Part shown: positions 1 through 9,645 of the stretch, piece after piece
Numbering within the stretch: position 1 is the stretch's first letter
How the letters are laid out: each line of letters begins with the position of its first letter
Source of the DNA: Candidatus Gastranaerophilales bacterium
Lineage (GTDB): Bacteria > Cyanobacteriota > Vampirovibrionia > Gastranaerophilales > Gastranaerophilaceae
Assembly (NCBI GenBank): GCA_003150395.1
Contig: QAMI01000059.1
Coordinates: 2,719-66,718 of the forward strand
Reading direction: 5' to 3'
DNA length: 64,000 bases
The notes under the pieces: generated by a model
Told to the model about the DNA's origin: nothing
Database searches by the model: none
The model's input: the letters and a program-made list of their open reading frames with translations, nothing else
Program-made: the position numbers and the translations under genes

Positions 1-1977
1 ATTAACTTCACAAGAATCTCCGCCAAGTTCTACTCTTGCTGAACCTTGAGAATCTGTTCCGTTTTGTGCATAGCAGCTTGGTTGTGATTTCCATTCAGCT
101 TCAGTATACATTGCTTTATAGCCTGCTCCGGTACAGTTTTTATCACTGCCTCTTATTCCAGGAACTACATCTGAGTTGCCGACATATTTTATGCCAAGAC
201 CAGCGCCAATGTCATTTGTACGGCATTGAACACCTTTACCGCCTTTCCCGCCATCTACTTTTTCCGGATAGTATGATGCATACTTTGATGATGGGCTATA
301 TGTATGTAGACATTCTGTACCTGATGAGTGTTGATTTACATAACTGCATTGAGGTGAGGAATTATAATGGTAGTTATGATTATACTTTGTCGTTGTGCGA
401 CAATTGTAAATCTCATTAATGTAGTTATGTCCTGATGGGCAAGTATCAACCTTAGATGTGCTATATGATACTTTATAGCCAGTAACCAAGCTTTTTACTG
501 GTGGGTCATTGAAATAATCATTAGGGTCGTTTGCATCTTGTTCAATTGGTGTTTTTTTATTCTTGCCACAGTCTTGTATAGAAGTTGGCATATTTGATGA
601 AGGGCCGTTCCCTTTTGCATCACTGAAACATCTGGTTCCATATGCATTGTTATTTGTTTCAGAGCCGTCATAAAGGATTTTTTGGTTATAAACTTCAGAT
701 GACATTTTGGTTACAATTTTTGCAATTGCTGCTGAGCCTCCGCCCATAGGAATAATATCATCTCCAAATGCATCTCTTATGCCTCCTGTATCACAACTAA
801 CGTTAACTTTGTCAAAAACTTGTAAGAATGAACCAAAAATTCCATCGCTAACGCCGGAAAATTTGCTGGGGTTTCCGTAGTTGCAGATACTATATGTGTC
901 GTTTTGGTCTCTAAGCACCTGACGTTCTTTTTCTTTTGTAGTATCTCCATTTGCTTTATCTTTTTCATAAACTCTTTTTGGAGGATTCGGTTCTTTATTT
1001 CTGTAGTCAAATGTGTAAGTATCAACTGCAGATACTTTAAGATTTGAGTATGTATCAGTAAAAGAACTTGATGGATAAGTATATCTTTCACAGGTACCGG
1101 TATGGAGTGGCCCATAGTCATAATAACAATCACAGTCATAAGTTTTATATGTCCGGCCGTTACATTTTGTATAACCGCTATGCCACTTTCCATCATCATC
1201 ATAATAACCTGGTTCGTAAGATGTTGACCCGTCACAATGACAATCATAATCACTATAATCACAACCATATTCTTTACAAGTCTTATGACAGCCCCACGAC
1301 TTGTCTTGGTACCTGTAACTGCATGTTGTATAATCATAGGGCTTACTATAGGTTTGGCAAGTATATTTTCTTTCTTTGTCACCTTGATATTTCCACTCCC
1401 TATATTTTAAACAAATAGGAGTAGTATCCTGCTTAATGTAGTACAAATCCCCGCCGTCACCTGCGTCACCGCCGGGTTTTGTTAGCTGTTTGCCGCCGCC
1501 GTCACCGGTCGCATTTGCATAGGCGTACAATTTTCCGCCCAAGGAGCTTAATTCTCCCGAGTTTATACCTTTTAAATCTAATATCCCTTGTGTAATTCCA
1601 AAAGGTGACATAACTTCTGTCGCAGATTTAAATACTTGAAGGTAGCCGCCATGATAGCCGGCATCTCCGCCGCCGCCACCGCCTGCTGTTGCTTGAATAT
1701 ACAAATAAGATGCCCTTGCTGGCGGTTTAAACCGGCATTCTGTTCCTGCATCTTCATCCATAATTTTTTTTGTCAGGTTTGAACCTACATACTGTTCCTG
1801 ATGAAGTTTACCATCTTTGTAGTAACACATATAAGCCCCATGCATAGCAATTTTGGGCACTTTTACGTGTTTTTTAGAAATAACTGAAACGCCAGAAGCC
1901 AGCATTAATGATGTGATTACTAGAAGCAACATCATTTCGACAAGCGAAAATCCGCTCCAAATCCTCGTTTTGTTCAT
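1..1977 (-). CDS. Very large type IV pilin-like (prepilin N-terminal domain) protein, Cys/Tyr/Asp/Gly-rich; 3' end lies beyond the window (659 codons visible)
   Basis: Absent from the ORF track because there is no stop in the window. Hand translation from ATG 1977 (AAAGGTGA about 8 nt upstream) stays open to position 1. N-terminus is MNKTRIWSG|FSLVEMMLLLVITSLMLASG (G-1/F+1/E+5 prepilin signature). It continues with ATAGGGGGGDAGYHGG, GDGGGKQLTKPGGDAGDGGD and KEYGCDYSDYDCHCDGSTSYEPGYYDDDGKWHSGYTKCNGRTYKTYDCDCYYDYGP. Confidence 0.75.
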   Translation of the reverse strand, partial: MNKTRIWSGFSLVEMMLLLVITSLMLASGVSVISKKHVKVPKIAMHGAYMCYYKDGKLHQEQYVGSNLTKKIMDEDAGTECRFKPPARASYLYIQATAGGGGGGDAGYHGGYLQVFKSATEVMSPFGITQGILDLKGINSGELSSLGGKLYAYANATGDGGGKQLTKPGGDAGDGGDLYYIKQDTTPICLKYREWKYQGDKERKYTCQTYSKPYDYTTCSYRYQDKSWGCHKTCKEYGCDYSDYDCHCDGSTSYEPGYYDDDGKWHSGYTKCNGRTYKTYDCDCYYDYGPLHTGTCERYTYPSSSFTDTYSNLKVSAVDTYTFDYRNKEPNPPKRVYEKDKANGDTTKEKERQVLRDQNDTYSICNYGNPSKFSGVSDGIFGSFLQVFDKVNVSCDTGGIRDAFGDDIIPMGGGSAAIAKIVTKMSSEVYNQKILYDGSETNNNAYGTRCFSDAKGNGPSSNMPTSIQDCGKNKKTPIEQDANDPNDYFNDPPVKSLVTGYKVSYSTSKVDTCPSGHNYINEIYNCRTTTKYNHNYHYNSSPQCSYVNQHSSGTECLHTYSPSSKYASYYPEKVDGGKGGKGVQCRTNDIGAGLGIKYVGNSDVVPGIRGSDKNCTGAGYKAMYTEAEWKSQPSCYAQNGTDSQGSARVELGGDSCEVN

Positions 1978-2061
1978 ACGCTATTCACCTTTATATAATA
2001 AACTAATAAATATACTTTATTATAACATTTATCAAGGCAAAAATCAAGAGTAGATGATTAT

Positions 2062-3444
2062 TTGACATTCTTTTTACTTTTTTATGAGAATGCCTTTATT
2101 AATTGTCCAGAGCATTTTTATAACCGTTTTACTATTGATATAATTGTAAATGAGTGTTATAATGTTAATGTGAGTTCTGATAAAAAAGGAAATATTATTA
2201 ATAATCTTCCGCTTTTCTTCAATGTTGAACATGAACCTAATCCAAACAGAATTTTTCTTTTCAATAAAGGTGTTAGCGGAGAAGGGCCTGTGCTTTACCT
2301 TATAGACAGGGAACTTAGATGTGCAGATAATTACGCTTTACTTTTTGCAGCGGCTAAGGCTGCTTCTTGCAAAAGACCTTTGAAAATTTGTCATTTGTTT
2401 CATAATTTTGCCTCTGAAGATAAGCAGATATTCTATGAAGACGAACTTGATATTCTTAGACTGGATATGAAAAAAAATAATCTAGATTTTAAAATTATTT
2501 ATGATAAAGATGCATATACTTTTGTAAATGAAATTTCACCTGCTTGTGTTGTAATTGATTTTGATCCTATTAGGGAGGAGGGCGATTTAGAGCGTTTAAA
2601 GTATACAATTTATGAAGTAGACAGTCATAATATTGTTCCGGCAAGGGTTGTTTCTGATAAGCAAGAGTATAATGCTTTTCAATTTAGAAAACATATTTAT
2701 CACAAAATTTTTGAATATTTCACAGAGTTTCCGGAAATTTATTCGTCTAATTCAGAGGGGTATAAGGTTTTAAAAGACTTTATTGAAAACAAGATTGACA
2801 GATACGCTGATGAAAAAAATAATCCTAATGCTGATGTCGTTTCTAACTTAAGCCCTTATATTAAATTCGGTTTTATATCGGCGCAAAGGGTTGCATTGGA
2901 AGTATATAAAAGTGATACATTAAACAAAAATAAAGAGGCTTTTCTTGAAGAACTTATTGTGAGAAAAGAGCTTGCTGACAATTTTTGTTTGTATAATAAA
3001 AATTATAAAAACTTGCGTTCTGTGCAATTATGGGCTGTTCGTTCCCTTTTAAAACACAAAAACGATTTCCGGCCGGTATTATTTTCCCGCAAAGAACTTG
3101 AAAATGCCAATACCTCCGATATTATCTGGAATGCCGCACAAAAAGAACTTGTTCAAACCGGAAAAATTCATGGTTATTTAAGAATGTATTGGGCAAAGAT
3201 GCTTCTTCAGTGGACGGAAACTCCAATGGATGCGATAGATACTGCCATTTATTTAAATGATAAATATGCATTTGATGCACCTTCTCCAAACGGGTATGTT
3301 GGGATTTTATGGTCGATTGCGGGGCTTCATGACAGGGCTTTCAGAGAAGAAAACATCTCTGGCAAGATTAGGCGCATGAGTTATAGTGTTTTATATAGAA
3401 AACTTAAGAATGGTAATTATTTAAAAAAATTCGGACCAGTATAG
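2062..3444 (+). CDS. phr: Class II CPD photolyase (deoxyribodipyrimidine photo-lyase)
   Basis: The C-terminal half carries class II photolyase hallmarks: LSPYIKFGFISAQRV, HGYLRMYWAKMLLQWT, NGYVGILWSIAGLHDRAF, GKIRRMSY. The track start is TTG 2062. There is no in-frame ATG before the conserved core, and GTG 2170 is an alternative start. Confidence 0.85.
   Translation: MTFFLLFYENAFINCPEHFYNRFTIDIIVNECYNVNVSSDKKGNIINNLPLFFNVEHEPNPNRIFLFNKGVSGEGPVLYLIDRELRCADNYALLFAAAKAASCKRPLKICHLFHNFASEDKQIFYEDELDILRLDMKKNNLDFKIIYDKDAYTFVNEISPACVVIDFDPIREEGDLERLKYTIYEVDSHNIVPARVVSDKQEYNAFQFRKHIYHKIFEYFTEFPEIYSSNSEGYKVLKDFIENKIDRYADEKNNPNADVVSNLSPYIKFGFISAQRVALEVYKSDTLNKNKEAFLEELIVRKELADNFCLYNKNYKNLRSVQLWAVRSLLKHKNDFRPVLFSRKELENANTSDIIWNAAQKELVQTGKIHGYLRMYWAKMLLQWTETPMDAIDTAIYLNDKYAFDAPSPNGYVGILWSIAGLHDRAFREENISGKIRRMSYSVLYRKLKNGNYLKKFGPV
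2135..2163 (+). promoter_or_regulatory. Candidate sigma70-type promoter in front of the photolyase core
   Basis: TTGATA (2135-2140), 17-nt spacer, TATAAT (2158-2163). An in-frame GTG at 2170 lies 7 nt after the -10 box. Confidence 0.35.
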
Positions 3445-3456
3445 TCCGAATTTTAT
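3429..3456. terminator. Hairpin terminator between convergent genes
   Basis: ATTCGGAC-cagtata-GTCCGAAT flanked by an A-run and TTTT. The photolyase stop codon sits in the loop. Confidence 0.6.
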
Positions 3457-3479
3457 GTTTCAAGATATATTTAAATATT

Positions 3480-4115
3480 TTAATTGTTATTTTGGTTTTG
3501 GTTTGCTTCTTTTTTAACAGTTTCTCTTACAACAGATGTTGTTCTCAAATATGATTTTTCAAGTTCGCCTTTAACGCTTACTTTACCGTCAGCCGCTACA
3601 TAAATCGAATATCTGTCAGGGGTTTTGCAGTCCTGAGTACCAGATTTGCAATTAGGAGCTTTATCGCCGTTAATGTCAACCATGATTTCTGCTTCTGTTG
3701 CAAATGAAGTATTTGGCATATAATATGCTACGCTGTCATTTGTTGTAAAGCTTATTGTTCCATTACCGTTGCAAGTGATAGTGTCATCTTCGATTGTGTT
3801 CATCTTCATTGCGAATAGCTGGCAGAATTTAGTGTTGCCGCTGTATGAAGTGTCATTAAGTGTTACTGCTGTTGTGTTATCTAAGCCTTGATATTTTGTT
3901 CCGTCATCTTTTGATGCTTCCGGATAAAGATAGTCGTCGTTAACAAGTTCTGTTACAACCCGCTCTACATTTGTATAAGCTTTTTTAAACATCATTTTTT
4001 GTCTGTCAGGCTGGATTTGGTTAATTGCCGGCAGGATTAATGATGCTATAACCCCAACAATTGCCAATGCTACCAGAATTTCGCCTAAACTGAATGCTGC
4101 TTTTCTATTTTTCAT
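3480..4115 (-). CDS. Type IV pilin-like / pseudopilin protein
   Basis: MKNRKAA|FSLGEILVALAIVGVIASLILP (E at +5, hydrophobic helix). VDINGDKAPN motif is shared with the other pilin-like genes here. Confidence 0.8.
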   Translation of the reverse strand: MKNRKAAFSLGEILVALAIVGVIASLILPAINQIQPDRQKMMFKKAYTNVERVVTELVNDDYLYPEASKDDGTKYQGLDNTTAVTLNDTSYSGNTKFCQLFAMKMNTIEDDTITCNGNGTISFTTNDSVAYYMPNTSFATEAEIMVDINGDKAPNCKSGTQDCKTPDRYSIYVAADGKVSVKGELEKSYLRTTSVVRETVKKEANQNQNNN

Positions 4116-4308
4116 GTTAAATCCTCATAGTTACTTATAATTTTACTATACCACTATTTAAGCTATAATTATCATTATAAATTTTTATTTTATAAAAAAA
4201 TCCTCTGTTTGATTTGTTTTTGCTGAGTGAACAAGTTTGAAATCCTTGACTATGATGCTTTGATATGTTATAATAATAAGTGTTATACTCTAAAACTGGG
4301 AGCAGGAT

Positions 4309-5175
4309 ATGTTTAGGAAAATGAAGGGTATTACAATAGCAGAAATGATGATAACCCTGGGGATTATCGGCATCATTGCAATGCTGGCTCTTATTACCAT
4401 AAAACCTTATGACAAAACTTATAAATGGCTGTATGTAAGAATTTATCATACGCTTGAAACCGCAGTGTATAATTCTATGATGGCTAGGGATAAATTCCCG
4501 GAGAGCACTACAGCTTTTTGTACAATGCTCACAGAATATATGAATGTCTCTGAAAATTATTGTACTACCGGGAATGATTTAAGCATAAATGCAACAGAAT
4601 TTCCGGAAGCAGATATAAAACTTGTTGCAAGCAACGGTATGAGATTATGGATAGCTTCGAATGGCGGGACATATTATACACACACAAACACTCAGGTTGA
4701 CGGGGCTCCGGCAAATATGAAATATTATGTAGTATTTGCGGATCTTAACGGTTCAAAAGGTCCAAACAAAGCTCAATGGACTGATGAGGGAAACTTGGGG
4801 TGGACTTCTGATAGCAAAATGGTTGATATTGTAGCTTTTGTAGTGACAGAAGCTTCTGTTGTGATTCCTATCGGACCTCCGGAAATAGATACCAGATATA
4901 TGCTGGCGTCTGCAATCTATCCGCCGGATGATGAGAATAAGCCTGAAGGTACACGCTCTAAACCAATGTCTTATTATGAGGCAAAATATGATGCCTTTGG
5001 CAGCAGCAAATCTTTAGCAGAACCAATGTCTCTTGACTTTTATAAAGATTTTGCAACAAATAGCCCGTTTGCAATAACTTATCCTGAGCCTGGCAGTGCC
5101 AATGTTGCTGAAGGATGTACTGATGGCGGTAATTTAGTTTCACCTTGTTATGTAAAAATTGAAGAATATAACTAA
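4309..5175 (+). CDS. Type IV pilin-like / pseudopilin protein
   Basis: MFRKMKG|ITIAEMMITLGIIGIIAMLAL; ADLNGSKGPN motif; divergent from 3480..4115. Confidence 0.75.
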   Translation: MFRKMKGITIAEMMITLGIIGIIAMLALITIKPYDKTYKWLYVRIYHTLETAVYNSMMARDKFPESTTAFCTMLTEYMNVSENYCTTGNDLSINATEFPEADIKLVASNGMRLWIASNGGTYYTHTNTQVDGAPANMKYYVVFADLNGSKGPNKAQWTDEGNLGWTSDSKMVDIVAFVVTEASVVIPIGPPEIDTRYMLASAIYPPDDENKPEGTRSKPMSYYEAKYDAFGSSKSLAEPMSLDFYKDFATNSPFAITYPEPGSANVAEGCTDGGNLVSPCYVKIEEYN

Positions 5176-5207
5176 AAAAAGCGGTTTAAAATACCGCTTT
5201 TTTTTTT
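5174..5207. terminator. Bidirectional intrinsic terminator
   Basis: AAAAAAAGCGGT-ttaaaat-ACCGCTTTTTTTTTT between convergent genes. Confidence 0.8.
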
Positions 5208-5210
5208 GCC

Positions 5211-6587
5211 TTATAAATTATCACTGCTTTTTGTATAATCAACTCCGCCTGTTGCTTTATATATATTAATTGTAGAGATTAAATAATTTGTTTTATAAAA
5301 AATGACGTTCCGTTCAGATAAAATAACTGCTTCCTCATCTTTCAAAAAATCAAGCTGGGATTTTGCTCCAATCAGCAATTTCTTTTTATTTAAAAGATAT
5401 TTTTGTTTTTCCAAATCAAGTCTTTCAGAACTTTTTAAATAGTTATTTTTCGAAAGCTTTGCTGCGGAAAGTGAGTCATTAAGCTCCTGAATTGAAGTTA
5501 AGATAGCTTTTTCATAAATCTGACCGGCCTTTTCGTATTCAAGCTTGTTAAATCTGAAATGAGCCATTTTAGCACCGCCTGTGAAAAGGTCAATGGAGGG
5601 AAGTATTCCAAAATTCGACAAAAAAGTATGTCCCTGAAAAATATGTGATAAATTATTATATGCATTAAATCCTGCCTGTCCGTATATTGTGAATTTCGGC
5701 AGGAAATCTCTTTTTGCAGCTTTTACATCAAAACCTATTTTTTTGATGTAATCTTCAGCTTTAATTAAATCCGGTCTTTGTGCAATTGCCTCTGCCGAGA
5801 TAGCTTCCGGAATATCAGGAGGTGAAATGTTATTATATGAGTTTCTTGAAATATCTTTCAGGTTTCTGTCGCCAAGAAGAACTAACATTTGATTAAATAC
5901 AACTTCCCGCTTGTCTTTATAGTCGTTAAGCTCCTCTTCAAATACTGTTAAAGCCTGTTTTTCTATAAGAACTTCAACTGTTGAGCAAAGACCGCTGTTA
6001 AATTTTTTCGTCTGCATTTCTGAAATTTTCTTTTGCAGTGCAACAAGCTCTTCCTGATTTTCAATTAATTTGTCGAGTTTGATAAGGTTAAAATAATTCG
6101 AGGCCAGCTGGCTTGTTAAATTAATATATGCGGAACGCTCATTTTGCTTGATTATATCACGCTGTTTTTCGATGCTTTTTGTTTTAAGCCTGTTTTCTCC
6201 CCAAATATCTACTTCATAAGTCATAGTGAAAGGAAGTAAAAACCTTGTCTGCGAGTAATCAGGAATTAAAACCGAGCCAAATCTTGTGTCTGCTGCGGTT
6301 AATTCTCTTCCGATGCTGCCGCTGAATCCAAGGTAAGGAAGTTCCCGGGCAAAAGCTTCTTTAACTGCCTGATCTGCTTGTTTTGACTTGATTGATGCAA
6401 CTTTTAAATCCTGATTGTTGTTGTATGCTGTCATCATGTGATTTATTAAATTTTCATCATTATACTTGTTCCACCAGTCAAGATTTACATATTTCAATCT
6501 GTAATCTGTATCTTCCTGGGGTTTTGCATAAACTGTCTGTGAAAAGCATAATATAAGTACAGCTAAAATAATTTTATAAACTTTCAT
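5211..6587 (-). CDS. TolC-family outer membrane efflux protein
   Basis: 458 aa with signal peptide MKVYKIILAVLILCFSQTVYA. OEP-like two-repeat sequence. Divergent from a HlyD/MFS pair. Confidence 0.75.
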   Translation of the reverse strand: MKVYKIILAVLILCFSQTVYAKPQEDTDYRLKYVNLDWWNKYNDENLINHMMTAYNNNQDLKVASIKSKQADQAVKEAFARELPYLGFSGSIGRELTAADTRFGSVLIPDYSQTRFLLPFTMTYEVDIWGENRLKTKSIEKQRDIIKQNERSAYINLTSQLASNYFNLIKLDKLIENQEELVALQKKISEMQTKKFNSGLCSTVEVLIEKQALTVFEEELNDYKDKREVVFNQMLVLLGDRNLKDISRNSYNNISPPDIPEAISAEAIAQRPDLIKAEDYIKKIGFDVKAAKRDFLPKFTIYGQAGFNAYNNLSHIFQGHTFLSNFGILPSIDLFTGGAKMAHFRFNKLEYEKAGQIYEKAILTSIQELNDSLSAAKLSKNNYLKSSERLDLEKQKYLLNKKKLLIGAKSQLDFLKDEEAVILSERNVIFYKTNYLISTINIYKATGGVDYTKSSDNL

Positions 6588-6756
6588 ACGGTATTCCTTC
6601 TAATATTATGTTAGCACAAAGGGGTTTTTCTTTGTCAAGTATGGTCCGAAAGCTTAATAACTAGCAGGTTTGGGAATTATAATTGTGTAATGCTTTACAA
6701 AATTTATTTTGTGTTAGTATGGAAATAGAGAAGAAATTATAAAAGTGAGGTTTAAA

Positions 6757-7887
6757 ATGGACGAAAAGAATAATGACCAATCTTTTGATAATAATGATGA
6801 TAATGAAATCAAACATATTGATAAAGAAGAATTAGAGAAAAAAGCAAAAGCAAAGTTAAAGAAAAAACGCCCCGAATATAAGAAAAAACGTGTTGTAATT
6901 CCTGCCATCAGTGCATTAGTCTTGATAATTACCGGAATACTTCTGGCAGTACATTCAACATTTTATCAATCAACAGATGATGCGTTTGTCGAAGGACACA
7001 TCATTTCAATTGCTCCGCGTGTCGCAGGGCAGGTAATTAATCTTTATGTTGATGACAACCAAGAGGTTAAGCAGAACCAAATTCTTGTTGAAATTGACCC
7101 GACCGATTATCAGGTAGCTTTAGCGCAGGCTCAGGCAAAGCTTGCAGAAGCAAAAGCAAAATTGGGTGTTATAGAAAAGCAGGTTGATGAAAATTCTTCA
7201 AAAGTTGATTTTACCGTTCAGGAATTGAATTCAACAGCCTCAAAACTGGACTTTGCTGAAAAAGACTACACAAGATATGCCGAAATGTATAAAGAAGGTA
7301 TTGTCTCAAAACAAGAATATGATAAAAGTTTGAATTCCTTGACTGTAGCCCAGGCAAATAAAAAGGCCGCTGATGAAAATAATAAAGCGGCAAGAGCTTC
7401 ACTGGAGGCTAATAAGGCAAAGATTGCTTCTCAAGAAGCAGAAATTAAAAGGCTTGAAGCAGAGGTTAAACAGGCTGAAATAAACCTTTCTTATACTAAA
7501 ATTTATGCCCCCGAAGACGGCAAAATTTCTGCCAGAACAGTTGAAAAAGGTAATTATGTTCAAATTGCACAGCCAATGCTTTCTCTTGTGCCTCAAAGGG
7601 TTTGGGTTGTTGCAAATTTTAAAGAAATCCAGCTTACTAACATGAAGCCAGGTCAAAAAGTTTGGATAAAGGTTGACACATACCCTCACAAAAGATTTAA
7701 AGGTCATGTTGACAGTATTCAAAGAGCAACCGGTGCAAAATCTTCATTATTCCCGCCGGAGAATGCGGTTGGAAGTTATGTAAAAATCGTTCAGCGAGTT
7801 CCTGTAAAAATCCTTTTTGATGATGATTTGGAAGGATATAATATTGTTCCAGGAATGTCTGTTGTTCCGAAAGTTAAAATTAAATAG
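6757..7887 (+). CDS. HlyD/EmrA-type membrane fusion (periplasmic adaptor) protein
   Basis: N-terminal TM segment, long A/K/E/Q coiled coil, C-terminal GSYVKIVQRVPVKI. ATG 6757 is preceded by GAGG (6747-6750); the track start is GTG 6745. Confidence 0.8.
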   Translation: MDEKNNDQSFDNNDDNEIKHIDKEELEKKAKAKLKKKRPEYKKKRVVIPAISALVLIITGILLAVHSTFYQSTDDAFVEGHIISIAPRVAGQVINLYVDDNQEVKQNQILVEIDPTDYQVALAQAQAKLAEAKAKLGVIEKQVDENSSKVDFTVQELNSTASKLDFAEKDYTRYAEMYKEGIVSKQEYDKSLNSLTVAQANKKAADENNKAARASLEANKAKIASQEAEIKRLEAEVKQAEINLSYTKIYAPEDGKISARTVEKGNYVQIAQPMLSLVPQRVWVVANFKEIQLTNMKPGQKVWIKVDTYPHKRFKGHVDSIQRATGAKSSLFPPENAVGSYVKIVQRVPVKILFDDDLEGYNIVPGMSVVPKVKIK

Positions 7888-8017
7888 AGTTTGATTTCAG
7901 TTTAATTTCTGATTTTCAGAGCTGTTATTATACGATAGCGCAACTTGTGTAATTAGCCAGATATATTGTGTATCAAAAGTTGCAAGATAAAATAAAACCA
8001 ATTCCGGAAGTAATATT

Positions 8018-9565
8018 ATGGAAAGTGAAAAACAAGTTAATCCGTATATAGTAGCAATATCTGTGCTTCTCCCATCATTTATGGCGCTTGCGGCTTCTTC
8101 CGCCACAAACGTCTGCCAGCCGAATATTGCAGGTTACTATGGCGCGACTCAGTATGAAGCAAATACTGTTATTACGGCTTATATTATCTCCGGCGGTATA
8201 ATGCTTCCGATTACGGGCTTTTTAGTTAGAACAATCGGTAAAAAACTTTTATTTTTCTATAGTATATGGCTTTTTTGTATCGGAGCAGTAATGTGTATAC
8301 TTGCCCCGAATCTTCAGATGCTTATTGTTGCAAGAATTGTTCAGGGAATTGGAAGCGGATGTATTTTGCCTTTATGTCAAGCTGTGCTTTTGGAGGTTTT
8401 TCCTGTAGAGCAGCGTGGGGTTGCAATGGGACTTTTTGGCGTTGCTGCAATGTTTTCACCTTTGGCCGGACCGTTTCTTGGCGGTTATTTGACAGATTAC
8501 TACAGCTGGCAGTGGGTTTTTATAATAAATATTCCTCTTTGTATGCTTTCGTTTCTTCTTATAAAACTTTTTGTGAAAAGCGACAAACCGCCGAAACAAA
8601 AATACAGAAAGAAATTTGATATAGTGGGTTTTATGTCTGTTGTTGTTGCAATGGGCTGTATGCAGGTTGTGCTTGATAAAGGCCAGCAATATAACTGGTT
8701 TGACACGCCTTGGATATGCTGGCTTACCGGAATTTGTATTTTCTCCTTCATTCTTTTTTATGTTTGGGAACTGGAATATAAGTATCCGATTATAGATATA
8801 AGGGTTTTTAAAGATAAAAACTTTCTTTTTGGAACTTGTGTCAGCTCCTTTCTAAATATAATGCTATATTCGACCTTGTTATTGGTGCCGATGTTTGTAC
8901 AAAGCTTGTTAGGTTACAGTCCATCCATGTCAGGGCTTACAATGTTTCCGCGAGCAATTGTTTGTTTTGTCGGTTTAATAGTAATGGGCGAGGTTTCAAG
9001 ATTTGTTGAAGGGAGAACTCTTGCAATAATAGGACTTGTTATGATGTCGGGAGCTATTTTTTTGATGACGAATTTAAATACTACAGCTTCTATTGAAAGT
9101 ATAATTTTGCCAAATTTGCTTTTGTGTATTGGGGTTCCAACAGCCTTTATTCCGATAACAGCTCTTTCTTTTGCAACTCTTGATCCAAAGCGCAACGCGG
9201 ATGCTGCTGCGCTTCATGCTATGTTTAAAAATATTGTAACGGCTGTTGCGACTTCTGTTTCTGCAACCTTTATCGCCAGAGCTTCACAGGTTCATCAAAC
9301 TTATCTTGTCCATAATCTTTCAGGCGAAAATCATATGTTTCATTATAAACTTATGGCAGCTCAGGCTAAATTTTCAACGTATTTTTCACCCTACATTGCG
9401 GCAAAAAAAGCCGCTGGTAGTCTTTATAACCAGATGCTTGTTCAGGCAAAACTTTATTCATTTTTTGATGCTTTTCAAATTTTGGCTTTTATGTGTTTGA
9501 TAATTATTCCGTTAGTAATTGTTCTGAAAAACAAATCTTCGAGAAAGAAAAAAGCTCAAGTCTAA
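8018..9565 (+). CDS. MFS drug efflux transporter, DHA2 (EmrB/QacA) type
   Basis: 515 aa with about 14 hydrophobic segments. Position after a HlyD gene is typical of EmrAB modules. Confidence 0.8.
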   Translation: MESEKQVNPYIVAISVLLPSFMALAASSATNVCQPNIAGYYGATQYEANTVITAYIISGGIMLPITGFLVRTIGKKLLFFYSIWLFCIGAVMCILAPNLQMLIVARIVQGIGSGCILPLCQAVLLEVFPVEQRGVAMGLFGVAAMFSPLAGPFLGGYLTDYYSWQWVFIINIPLCMLSFLLIKLFVKSDKPPKQKYRKKFDIVGFMSVVVAMGCMQVVLDKGQQYNWFDTPWICWLTGICIFSFILFYVWELEYKYPIIDIRVFKDKNFLFGTCVSSFLNIMLYSTLLLVPMFVQSLLGYSPSMSGLTMFPRAIVCFVGLIVMGEVSRFVEGRTLAIIGLVMMSGAIFLMTNLNTTASIESIILPNLLLCIGVPTAFIPITALSFATLDPKRNADAAALHAMFKNIVTAVATSVSATFIARASQVHQTYLVHNLSGENHMFHYKLMAAQAKFSTYFSPYIAAKKAAGSLYNQMLVQAKLYSFFDAFQILAFMCLIIIPLVIVLKNKSSRKKKAQV

Positions 9566-9645
9566 TTTGTAACGCAATATTAAGTACAAATGCAATTTTT
9601 AAAATTTTTCATTTATAATTTAAATGAAAGAAGACTTGGATTATT

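Noticed and set aside
777-1418. Track ORFs 777..1382 (-) and 1068..1418 (+), with odd His/Asn/Ile/Met-rich translations
   Set aside because: Both lie inside the long open frame that starts at 1977 (-) and reads as a coherent pilin-like protein. Their compositions are what alternative frames of a TAT/GAT/TGT-rich gene would give. I treat them as shadow ORFs.
1440-1700. GC-rich GGC/GCC-type patches (Gly-coding) as additional slippage-prone repeats
   Set aside because: They are imperfect mixtures of GGC/GGT/GGA/GCC codons, not uninterrupted homopolymers or perfect microsatellites. They stay in frame.
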